From the NCBI RefSeq assembly GCF_963921235.1, contig NC_086109.1, forward strand, positions 9,736,001 through 9,800,000: DNA of 64,000 nucleotides, in the 5' to 3' direction. The number at the start of each line of letters is the position of its first letter. Position 1 is the first letter of the stretch. A program made the translations under genes and the position numbers. The notes beneath the pieces are model-generated. The model had not been told where the DNA came from and did not search any database. It saw only the letters and a program-made list of their open reading frames with translations. Origin of the DNA: Mobula hypostoma (lineage: Eukaryota). Positions 23,887-34,728 of this stretch are shown in pieces.

Positions 23887-25044
23887 GCATTTTCTTGTAG
23901 GCATTCACAGTGCAACAAAGAAATACAATCGATCAATGAAAGAACTACACACAAGCAGAGATTGACAAACAACCAATGTGCAAATACAAATAATAATCAT
24001 CATCATTATCTTCTCAGTTAAATAAATAGACATTACTAAATTATAGAGTTGTAGAGTTCTTGAAAATGGGTCCATAGATTGCATAATGTTCAAGTGCCTC
24101 AGGACTCGCACCACCAGGTTCAAGAACAGTTACTACCCCACAACCATCAGGCTCTTGAATAAACGGGGATAACTACCTTTATTTATTGACTCTTTATCTT
24201 GTTATTTCATGTTCTCATTATTTATTACTATTTACCTCTACTTGCACTTGTATAGTTTGTTGTCTTCTGCGCTCTGGTTGACCTTTCATTGATCCTGTTA
24301 TAGGTGCTATATTCTATAGATTTGCTGAGTATGCCCACAGGACAAAATAATCTCAGGTCTGTAGGTGCTCACATATATGTACTCTGATAATAACAATTAC
24401 TTTGAACTTTGGTGCAAGTTTAAGATGTATTCTTAGAATCACAGAGTCCCAGATATGTGTTGGTTGTTGCACTTGACTTTTTAACCACAGTTTATTAATT
24501 ATTTACAATACCTAATTTTGCCACAGGTATCACAGCATCTCAATAATAAATCAACAGCAGATAAACTCAGGTGTAATTACATGCATAATAAATTATGCAA
24601 AAACATTACGCAACATATATCTTCAAAGGTTATTTTACTGCAAGTTAAACAATTTTCATGCTGAATAATTTCTTTTTAAATGGACAACTCCAGCTGAGAG
24701 GACAAATTCCACAGAGCGGGGACCATGTCCAACTACCAGCCAGGGAAGTGAAGGAATTATCCTAAAGTACTTCAGCCGCTTTGAGGTACCAAGGTCCGAT
24801 GTGAAAAGGGTTGTGGAAAGGACTTAGAGCTGGTGATGAAGAGGCAGTGATATGGTTGTAGGGGAAAGAGTAGAGAGGGCTAATAATTAGTTAATATGAA
24901 TGTGAATTGTGCATATGTAGTACTTTCCTCAAGCAGTAAGGCTGATAACACCTCCACTTTTAACCCACCCCAACAGAGTCATCTTTTGTACAGACACTCC
25001 TGTGCCTAGCATCACCTTATGAACATTCAATCAATCTATGCATA

Positions 25045-26285
25045 CAAGACCAAAAGATATAGGAGCAGATTTAGGCCATTTGGCCCATTGAGTCTGCTCC
25101 ACAATTTCATCATGACTGACCCATTTTCACTCTCAGCCCCAATCTCCTGCCTTACCCCCTCTCCCATATCACTTCATGCACTGACTAATCAAGGATCTAT
25201 CAACCTCTGCCTTAAATATACCCAATGACTTGGCCTCCTCTGCAGCCAGTGGCAGTGAATACCACAGATTCACCATTTTCCAGCCAAATAAACTCCTCCT
25301 CATCTCCTTTCTAAATGGAGATCCCTCTATTCTGAGGCAGTGTGCTCTGTTCTTAGAATCCCCCAACTATAGGAACCATCCTCTCCACATCCTTTCAATA
25401 TTCAACAGGCCTTTCAATATTCAACAGGTTTCAATAAGATTCCCTCTCTCATTCTTCTAAATTCTTCCCTCATATGATAAGCCTTTCAATCCTGGAATCG
25501 GTTTTGTGATCCTTTTACTTTACTTTACTTTACTGTTGCCAAACAATTGATACTAGAGTGTACAATCATCACAGTGATATTTGATTCTGCGCTTCGCCTT
25601 CCCTGGAGTACAAATCGATAGTAAATAGTAAAAATTTTAATTATAAATCATAAATAGAAAATAGAAAAGGGAAAGTAAGGTAGTGCAAAAAAACCGAGAG
25701 GCAGGTCTGGATATTTGGAGGGTATAGCCCAGATCCGGGCCAGGATCCGTTCAGCGGTCTTAGCACAGTTGGAAAGAAGCTGTTCCCAAATCTGGCCGTA
25801 TGAGTCTTCAAGCTCCTGAGCCTTCTCCCAGAGGGAAGAGGGACGGAAAGTGTGTTGGCTGGGTGGGTCGTGTCCTTGATTATCCTGGCAGCACTGCTCC
25901 GACAACGTGCGGTGTAAAGTGAGTCCAAGGACGGAAGATTGGTTTGTGTGATGTGCTGTGCCATGTTCACAATCTTCTGCAGCTTCTTCCAGTCTTGGAC
26001 AGGACAACTTCCATACCAGGTTGTGATGCACCCTAGAAGAATGCTTTCTGCGGTGCATCTATAAAAATTAGTGAGGGTTTTAGAGGTTTTGAACCCTTTC
26101 CAATCTCAGAACCTCCTTTCTTATGTAAGGAGCCCAAAACTGCTCACAATACTCTAGGTGACGCCTGACCAGTGCCTTATAAAACCTCAACATTACATCC
26201 TTGCTTTTATATTCTAGTCACCTTGAAATGAATGCCAACATCACATTTGCCTTCCTCGCCATAAATTCACCTGCAAATTAACCTA
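25045..26285 (-). mobile_element. CR1 3' portion interrupted by a Rex1/Babar 3' fragment
   Basis: MVNLWYSLP...FKAEVDRSLISQ on the minus strand; the CR1 resumes after 26085. Confidence 0.8.
25513..26083 (-). mobile_element. Young Rex1/Babar 3' fragment (same family as 34729-36704)
   Basis: Near-identical reverse complement of about 36112-36700, with a (TAAAG)n tail. Confidence 0.9.
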
Positions 26286-26449
26286 AGATGTAAGCTATCT
26301 TATGTATTTATATTTATTGTGTTTTTATTAAAATGTTCTTTATCTTACTGTGCTTTTTTCTGAGTTACATCAAACCTGGAGTAACAACTATTTTTTCCCC
26401 CTTTACACTTGTGTACTGGAAAAGACATTGCACCATCTTAAAACTCCTT

Positions 26450-26988
26450 ACTTGAGGAAGGATATACTGGTTTGGAGGCAGTGCAGAGGAAGTTCACCAG
26501 GTTGATCCAAGAAATGAGGGGGCTAGACTATGAGGAGAGAGTGAGTCATCTTGGGACTGTACTTGTTGGAATTCAGAAAAATAAGAGGATATCTTACAGA
26601 AACATATAAAATTATGAAAAGGATATATAAAATAGAGGCAGGAAAGTTGTTTCCACTGGTAGGTGAGACTGGAACTAGGGGACATAGCCTCAAGATTTGG
26701 GGGAGTATATTTAGGATGGAGATATGAATGAACTACTTTTCCCACAGAGCGGTGAACCTGTGGAATTCTTTGCCCAATGAAGCATTGGAGGCTACCTCAG
26801 TAAATATATATAAGACAAAGTTAGATAGATTTTTGCATAGTAGGAGAATTAAGGTTATGGGAAAAAGACAGGTAGGTGGAGATGAGTCCATGGCCAGATC
26901 AGCCATGATCTTATTGAATGGCAGAGCAGGCTCTACAGGCCAGATGGTCTACTCCTGCTCCTATTTTATTTCCTATGTTCTTATGTAA
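26450..26988 (+). mobile_element. CR1 3' end
   Basis: LEAVQRKFTRLI...TRGHSLKI...FSHRAVNLWNSLP. Confidence 0.85.
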
Positions 26989-28107
26989 ACCCTAGATGTA
27001 GAGAAATGGAATGCAGCAGCAATGAGACCTAAGTTTCAGGAACTTCACTTACTCTATTATATGTGCACACATTGCTATAATAGAAAGTTAGATTTTAAAA
27101 ACCTACAGCACAATACAGGCCCTTCGGCCCACAATTTTCTGTTCGATGTGTGGGTAATCATTTTATTCTGTAATCAGGACGTAGTCTGTTACTTAATTAA
27201 GTCTTCCTGTAGACACCATTTTGTTATCAAAATGTAGTTTTACTGATAATCCCATCAAATGAGAATGTAAAGGTTCTGCCAAGTTCATGCTCAGGTAGAC
27301 CGGTTCTGACTGGTCTCCTGGTGGGCACCAGTTTTTAATAAATTGCCTGCTATCTTGAAAGTCAAATCTGTGTAATCTTCAATTTCAAGTTCAAGTTCAG
27401 TTTATTGTCATTCAACCGTACACATGTATACCATCAAATGAAACAACGTTCCTCTGGACCAAGGTGCACAACATAGTATGTATAACTCACACACATAACA
27501 CATAAAGTAGTACTACCACTAGTAAATTAACAAGTAATAAGATGCATTTACAACACAAGTTAATAAGTATAACATGACTAGCGATTCATGTGTGATGAGA
27601 CCTGGATGGTGTCAGGGAGTTCAGTAGCCTTACTGAAGAAAACTAGTAGTCTGTTACTACTAGTGTTCTTGTAGAAGAAGCTGTTTGGCATCCTAACAGT
27701 CTTGTCCTAATGCTATGGTACCTCTTGCCTGATGATAGAGGGTCAAAGAGATTGCTGGACGGATGGATGTGGTCTCTGACAATGCTAAGGACTTTCCAGT
27801 TGCTCCAGCAGATATGTTACCTAGATTTTCAGAGACCGGTTGGTGTTATCCTCCATTCATCTGTTCCTGTTCCTGGTTCTTCACGGAGGCTTAGGTTACT
27901 GGTTGGAAGCTGTTATCAGGATAGCCCTGGAAAGTGATGCTGAATCCTTTTATGGATGGCACACTCTGCTACCACTTTGATCTGGTGAGGGAGGGAATAA
28001 AAATTCAGGGCAGAGGACAAAAAACTGCATTTAGAACATTGAACAGTACAGTACAGCACGGGAAAGGGAACAAGCCCTTCAGCCAACAATGTCCAAGCTA
28101 AACATAC

Positions 28108-28715
28108 ACTCTTGGTTGCCATCCACTTCAATTCTGCTTCACATTCCCATTCGGATATGTCCATACATGGCCTCCTCTACTGCCATGATGAGGCTAAACT
28201 CAGGTTGGAGGAGCAACACCTCATATACCATCTGGGTAATCTCCAGCCCCTTGGTATGAACATTAAATTCTCCAAATTCCAGTAATTCCCTCCCCCTCCC
28301 TTCCCCTATCCCAGTTTCACTCTGCCCCCTCTCCCAGCTGCCTATCACCTCCCTCGTGGTTCCACCTCCTTCTACTACCATTTGTGTTTTCCCCTATTCC
28401 TTCTTCACCTTTCCTACCTATCACCTCCCTCATGGTTCCGCCTCCTTCTACTACCCATTGTGTTTTCCCCTATTCCTTCTTCAACTTTCCTGCCTATCCC
28501 CTCCCTGCTTCCACTCCCCCACCCCTTTATCTTACCCCTTACTGGTTTTTCACCTGGCACCTACCAGCCTTCTCCTTCCCACCCTCCCCCCACCTATAGG
28601 GCCTCTGCCCCCTCCCTCTTCAGTCCTGATGAAGGGTTCCGGCCCGAAACGTTGACTGATCATTTCCACGGATGCTGCCCGATCTGCTGAGTTCCTCCAG
28701 CGTGTTGTGAGTGTC
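28108..28715 (+). mobile_element. Penelope 3' fragment: GIY-YIG C-terminus, CT-rich UTR with a 76-bp tandem duplication, and hammerhead terminal repeat
   Basis: VAIHFNSASHSHSDMSIHGLLYCHDEAKLRLEEQHLIYHLGNLQPLGMNIKFSKFQ*; duplication at 28341-28498. Confidence 0.9.
28620..28659 (+). ncRNA. Minimal type I hammerhead ribozyme motif
   Basis: UCAGUC-CUGAUGA-A-GGGU(UCCG)GCCC-GAAAC-GUU-GACUGA: perfect 6-bp stem I, intact core, loopless ACGU stem III and a GUU triplet. Confidence 0.8.
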
Positions 28716-28923
28716 ACTTATTCGTTATTACCTTGTCGTATGATCATGGGCTTTCCATGACTGTGATTGTTCCTGGCAAATTTTTCTATAAAAGTGGTTT
28801 GCCATTGCTTTTTTCTGGGTAGTGTCTTTACAAGATGGGTGACCCCAGCCATTATCAATACGCTTCAGAGATTAAAGTTGCTGGTGAACACAGCAGGCCA
28901 GGCAGCATCTCTAGGAAGAGGTA

Positions 28924-28961
28924 CAGTCGACGTTTCAGGCCCAGACCCTTCGTCAGGACTA
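28924..28961 (-). ncRNA. Minimal type I hammerhead ribozyme motif (left arm)
   Basis: UAGUC-CUGACGA-AGG(GUCUGGG)CCU-GAAAC-GUC-GACUG. Confidence 0.8.
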
Positions 28962-28969
28962 CCAGTCAG

Positions 28970-29007
28970 CAGTCCTGACGAAGGGTCTTGGCCTGAAACG
29001 TCGACTG
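28970..29007 (+). ncRNA. Minimal type I hammerhead ribozyme motif (right arm), predicted cleavage after C29002
   Basis: CAGUC-CUGACGA-AGG(GUCUUGG)CCU-GAAAC-GUC-GACUG. Confidence 0.82.
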
Positions 29008-29659
29008 TACCTCTTCCTAGAGATGCTGCCTGGCCTGCTGTGTTCACCAGCAACTTTGATGTGTGTTGCTTGAATTTCCAGCATCTGCAGAATTCCTTGT
29101 GTTTGCCTCTTCAGAGATTGTCTGCCTCACATAACTAGAACTTGTAATATGCACCAGCTGCTCATATGACCATCCACCACTTGTTACCATGGTTTCTTGT
29201 GATGCTGATTGGGGTGGGGCAGGGGATAAGCAAGCGCTACACCTTGCTCAAGGTGACCTGCAGGCTAGTGGAGAGAAGGAGCACCTTACGTCTCCTTTGG
29301 TAGAAATATATCTCCACCCCAGTACCCGCTGTGCTGAACACAATGCTATTGCTGAGTTTCTCCAGCATTTTGTGTGTGTTACTCTGAATACTACCTCACT
29401 ACGTTTGTTCTCTTGTATGCACTGCTTATTATAAGTCCTTCTCACTATCTAAAGCCTAGGCAAGTTTAAAAGGTTTGAACATCAAAATTTAGGCTAATGC
29501 TTGGTGTTTTACCAAGGGAGTGCTTCACTGTTAGAGGTTTCATCTTTTAATTCTCCATGTATAGACTCACCAGAACTTATAGAGTCACTGTCACACAGTA
29601 TGGAAACAGGTCCTTTGGCCCAACTCATCAATGTTGTCCAACAAGTAAGTCCCACGTGT

Positions 29660-29865
29660 CTTTATACTTTATTGTCGCCAAACTATTGATGCTAGAGCGT
29701 ACAATCATCACAGCGATATTTGATTCTGCACTTCACACTCCCTAGATTACAAATATTAAATATTAAAAATAGTTAAAATTAGTAAATATTAAAAATTTAA
29801 ATTATAAATTGTAAATAGAAAATAGAAAATTGGGAAGTAAGGTAGTGCAAAAAAAAAACCGAGAG
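29660..29865 (-). mobile_element. Rex1/Babar 3' UTR (family of 34729-36704) inserted in a CR1 3' end
   Basis: Reverse complement of about 36485-36697. Confidence 0.85.
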
Positions 29866-30509
29866 TCTGCATTTGGCCCCTAGTTCTCTGTCCTCTCCCA
29901 CGCATGTAGATATCTGGATAGCTTTTAAATGTTGCTAACATGCACCTCTCAATGACTATTTCTGGCAGCTCGTTCCAAATACACACCACCTTTTGTGTGA
30001 AGAAACCGCCCCTGCTGTCCCTTTTAAATTTCAACATACACACTAAATGATTCAGGAACAGCTTCTTCCCTTCCGCCATCAGATTTCTGAATGATCATTG
30101 AACCCACGAACACCACCTCACTACTTTTTTGCACTAACTATTTAACTTAACTATTTTATATATATATATATATACTTCTTACTGTAATTCACAGTCTTAT
30201 TATTTTATGTATTGTAATGTACTGCTGCTGTAAAACTACTAATGTCACGACATATGCCGGTGATGCTAAACCTGATTCTGATTTGGATTCTGACCTCAGA
30301 TCTTAAACGCTGTGTCCTCTTGTTTTCAGCAACCCCTCCCTGGGAAATTAAAGAATATTTGCTTTCACAAGCACAAGATATTCTGCAATGCTGGAAATCC
30401 AGAGCCTCACAAGTCCTGAAAAAGGGTCGCGACCCGAAACATGAATTGTTTATTCCTCTCCATGGATGCTGCCTGACCTGGTGCGTTCCTCTGGTATTTT
30501 GCGTGTATT

Positions 30510-30805
30510 TCCTTTTACCCTGTCTACGCCTTTCATGATCTTATATACCTCTATCGGGTCACCCCACAATCTCCTACATTCCAGGGAATAAAGTCCAAGT
30601 CTACACAACCTTGCCTTGTAGCTCAGCCTTGCACATCCTGCTAAATCTTTTCTGCACACTTTCTAGTTTAGTAACTTCTTTCCCATAACAGGGTAACCAA
30701 AACTGCACAGAATATTCTAAGTGCAGCCTTACCACCATCTCATATAACTTCCCAAATCCTGTACTCAATGTCTTGACTCATGAGGGCCAAACACCCCCTT
30801 CACCA
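30510..30805 (-). mobile_element. CR1 fragment
   Basis: LSYKARLCRLGLYSLECRRLWGDPIEVYKIMKGVDRV. Confidence 0.8.
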
Positions 30806-31868
30806 AAGGTCTTGTAGCAAGACTTTCTTATATTTGTACTCCATTTCCCTTGAGATAGAGACTAATTAAGTCAGATAAGCCATGTCGCACTTTCCACAAA
30901 GATAATAGCAACTGAAAAACTAAATTGCAAAGAGTGCTGCTTGATTTCCTCATTCTTAGCTATACAGAAGTTCCAACCAGTCACACCCTGCATGGTCCCT
31001 GCTTATTTCTTTCCTCCTTTGTGTTTGCCATTTCTTTTCATCTACTGTTTTGTAGACAAGAAACCTTGTTGTTTACTGCAATTAGAAATGTTTTGTCAGC
31101 AGAAAAGGTGAAGGATTAAAATTCCAACCTTTGGTCCTGATTAATAATCCTCTAAAACCGTGTCCTTGGCCAATTTCCACCCAGGTAATCTTCATCCTTA
31201 AGGTTCCTGAGACCCTGATACAGTAACAGAAATAGCTAGAGGCTACGTGGCATTTTTTTGAATGATTTGCCACTCCCAACAATCACTCAAAACTCTTCAC
31301 AAGCTTTTTCTCAAGGCATTTCTTTTTTCTGAACAGTAGTTGAAGAACAGAAATTATTCTGTTTTGAACTCATAAAAGTAGGAAAAAAGCTCTTTCCCAA
31401 TTTGACACTGGGAGAAATAATGATGGGGTGCTCTCCACTTTTCACTGCAGGAAAGGATTTTGAAGAAGTTGGCCCTTGTACTCAAAGAAATCTGATATTC
31501 AATTGAAAATTGATGACAATTTGCAAGCACTTCATCACAAAATTCAAACTATTTATGAGAGATCTGTAAGGGCGAGAAACATAAGGTGAAAGAAACTGTC
31601 ATAAAGTGGAAGTGTTCAGATAATCCAAGAGAGCTTAAAGATCAACAAGACAAGCAGCGGGTTGTAGATTTTGAAGGGAAGCATGTGGTTTATGAACTTC
31701 ACACAACACTCTGTTGATGCAAAAGTGTTTGAAACAAATTAGATGCTTTATATTACCACTACTGTTCAAGACGTGCAACCAATGTCCATTTCCAGAATTT
31801 GTACCTCTCCTTCCTTGGTCAGTTTGCTTGTTAAGTTATAGAACACAGAACCTAGAAGAGTACTGCAA

Positions 31869-32040
31869 TGTTTTGTAGCTCCAAAACACACAACCAATTG
31901 AAAGAAATACATGGGAGCCCAGGGACAACATATCTACAATATTACTGAAATATTAAATACACAACACTCCTCCCCGCTTAGCTATAAACTCCAATTCAAT
32001 ATAGAATGCATCTCAATTCATATGCATAGTATATATCTAT
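31869..32040 (-). mobile_element. Internally deleted Gypsy LTR with its PPT
   Basis: The reverse complement gives gctaagcggggaggag-TGTTGTGtatttaatatt, matching 9458-9495. Confidence 0.7.
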
Positions 32041-32249
32041 CTCCATCTGTATCTACCTATATCTACTTTTAGATAGGCTGGCTGGTGGTGTAGTAGACTG
32101 AAGTGGAAGCCGGGTCCCAAACCTGGGCAGCAGCAGTATCTGTGCAGCAGGAAGGCCTGGCAACCTACTTCCATATCTCACCACGGAAACCCTAAACTAC
32201 ACTATCCATAGCGTTGCCAAGAGTCATGTATATATAAAACAAGTCCATA

Positions 32250-34110
32250 AAATCATAAGACATAGCACTCGATCATGGCTGATTTAATTTCCCTCTCAAC
32301 TCTCTTCTCCCGTTTTCTCCCAGTTACCTTTGATGTTTTACTATTCAAGAACCTATGGACCTCCACTTTAAATATTTATCCTATGACTTGGCATTCACAG
32401 CCGTCTGCGGCAATAAATTCCACAGGTTCACCACCCTCTAGCTGAAGAAACCCCTTCTCGTCTCTGTTCTAAAAAGATATCCTTCTATTCTGAGGCTGCA
32501 CCCTTTGATCCCAGACTACTGGAAACATTTTCTCCACATCGGCCATCTAGGTCTTTCCATATTCGGTAAGTTTCAAAGAGATTCTTCCTCATTCTTCTAG
32601 ACTCCAGCGAGTACAGGCCCGGAGCTGTCAAACACTCCTCATACATTAACCCTTTCATTCCTGAGATCATTCTCTTAAGTCTCCCCTGGACCCTCTCCAA
32701 TGGCAGCAACTCCTTTATTAGATTGGGAACCCAAAACTGCTCACAGTACTCCAAGTGCGGCCTGACCAATGCTTTATAAAACATCAACAATACATCTTGC
32801 TTTTATATTCTAGTCCTCTTGAAATGACTACTAACAATGTATTTGTCATCCTTACTACAGACTCAGCTGCAAGTTAACTATGACGGAATCCTCAACTATG
32901 AGTCCCTTTGCAACTCCGATTTCTGAATTCACTCCTTGTTTAAAAAACAATCTATACCTTTATTCCTTCTACAAAAGTGTATGAGCATGCCATTTTTTAC
33001 CCATTCTCCTAATCTAACTCCTTCTGCAGACTCCCTGAGTCCTCAACAATACCTGCCCTTCTACCTTCCCTCGTATCATCCATAAAGTTGGTCACATAGC
33101 CATCAATTCCATAATCCAGATCATAAACATGTAAGAAGAAATTTAATAGACACAACACCAACATCTGTGCAACACCACTAGTGAGTAACAGCCAACCAGA
33201 AAATGCGTCCTTTATTTCTATTCTTTGCCTTCTACTGTCCCTGCTAGTATCTTTCCTGTAATGCTCTTATCTAATCTTGCTTAGCAACCTAATGTACAGC
33301 ACCTTGTCTAAGGCATTTTGAAAAGCGAAGTAACCTGCCTCCTCACTTGACTATCCTACCTGCTATTTCCTCCAAGTATTGCAAAAGATTTGTCAGGTAA
33401 GATATTCCCTGAAAGAAACCATGCTGAAGTTGACCTACTTTATCACATGCCTCCAAGTACCCTGAAACCTCATCCTTAATAATGGACTCTAACATCTTGC
33501 CAATGACTGAAGTCCAGCTAACTGGTCTATAGTTTCCCGTCTTTTGCCTTCCTCCCTTCTTAAAGAGTGGAGTGACAATTGCAATTTTCTAGTCTTTCGG
33601 AATCATTCCAGAAGCTAGTGATCAAAACTAAAGCCTACACAATCTCTTCAGCTACCTCTTTCAGAACCCTGAGGTGTTGTCCATTTTGTTCAGTTGACTT
33701 ATCTACCTTCAGACCTTTCAGCTTCCCAATCACATTCTTCTCCACCTTCTCTATAGTAATAGCGATCACACTCACTTCTGCCCCCTGATTGACTTGAATT
33801 TCTGTATGCAGATGGTGTCTTCAACAGTAAATACTGACACAAAATACTTACTAATTTCTTGGCCCCTATTACTACTTTTCCAGTGTCATTCTCCAGCAGT
33901 CTGATATCCACTCTCACCCCTCTTTTACTCTTTGTATATCTGAACAGACTTTTGGTATTCTCTTTTATATTATTGGCTAACTTACCTTCAGATTTCATTT
34001 TTTCTTTCCTTTTTCCTCTTTTAGTTGCCTTTTATTGATTTTTAAAAACTTCTCAATCCTCTAGCTTCCTACTAATTTTTGTCATACTGTATGCCCTCTC
34101 TGTTACGCTA
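32250..34110 (-). mobile_element. Old CR1 LINE (RT region to 3' end), decayed
   Basis: FYKALVRPHLEYCEQFWVP, NYRPVSWTSVIGKMLESII and LANNIKENTKSLFRY on the minus strand. Confidence 0.88.
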
Positions 34111-34339
34111 TATTTGGCTTCATTATTGATCACTGCCTCCTTTATCTTCAGCTCCCTAATCAAATCTAGATGGGAAGTATTTACAAGTGTAAACAAATTG
34201 TCTTCTCAGTCTTGACATTTTTTTTGTGAGTCATAATTCATTGAAGGAGTATTTATATCTGATAAGTTCATGGTCAAAGTGGCTTGACTAAGCACAAATG
34301 TTGAAACTGAGGTTGATTATTAGAACAATGTATTAGGTT

Positions 34340-34640
34340 AAGGAGTTCAGCACAGAAACAAGTCTTTTGGCCCATCTAGTCCATGCTAACTTGGTCTTCT
34401 GACTGTTCCTATCTACCTTCACCCAGACATAGCCCTCCATATCCCTCTTATCCAAGTACATGTTTAAATTTCTCTTAAATGTCATACTTGAACCCACATC
34501 TACCACATCTGCTAGCAGCTCATTCAATATTCACACCACCCTCTGCGTGAAGATCTCCCTCAATTTCCCCTTAAATATTTCACCTTTCACCCTTAGCCTA
34601 TGACGTTTAGCTCGCATCTCACTTAACCAGAGGAGGAAAA
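34340..34640 (-). mobile_element. CR1 3' end
   Basis: NELLADVVDVGSSMTFKRNLNMYLD. Confidence 0.8.
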
Positions 34641-34728
34641 GGACATGGCTGGCGTAAAGACAAGTTGGGTATTCTATCCTCACAGAGACAAGTAGGGGCT
34701 GGATTTTCAGCTTCCTTTTGTTAATTGG

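Larger units (their letters stand above)
28874..29106. mobile_element. Young fold-back hammerhead element with a 13-bp TSD
   Basis: Arms 28874-28960 and 28971-29057 are reverse complements with one mismatch in 87 bp, with a 10-nt spacer and a right-arm extension to 29106. TSD cgcttcagagatt (28861-28873) / ctcttcagagatt (29107-29119). Confidence 0.92.
28718..29325 (-). mobile_element. SINE with an RTE/BovB-related tail, host of the fold-back insertion
   Basis: aagtggtttgccattgc is the reverse complement of the BovB/Bov-A-like gcaatggcaaaccact. The sequence is split at the TSD c(g/t)cttcagagatt. Confidence 0.55.

Noticed and set aside
28767..29138. ORFs on both strands with the same peptide (LVNTAGQAASLGRGTVDVSG)
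   Set aside because: An artefact of the DNA palindrome, not a duplicated gene.
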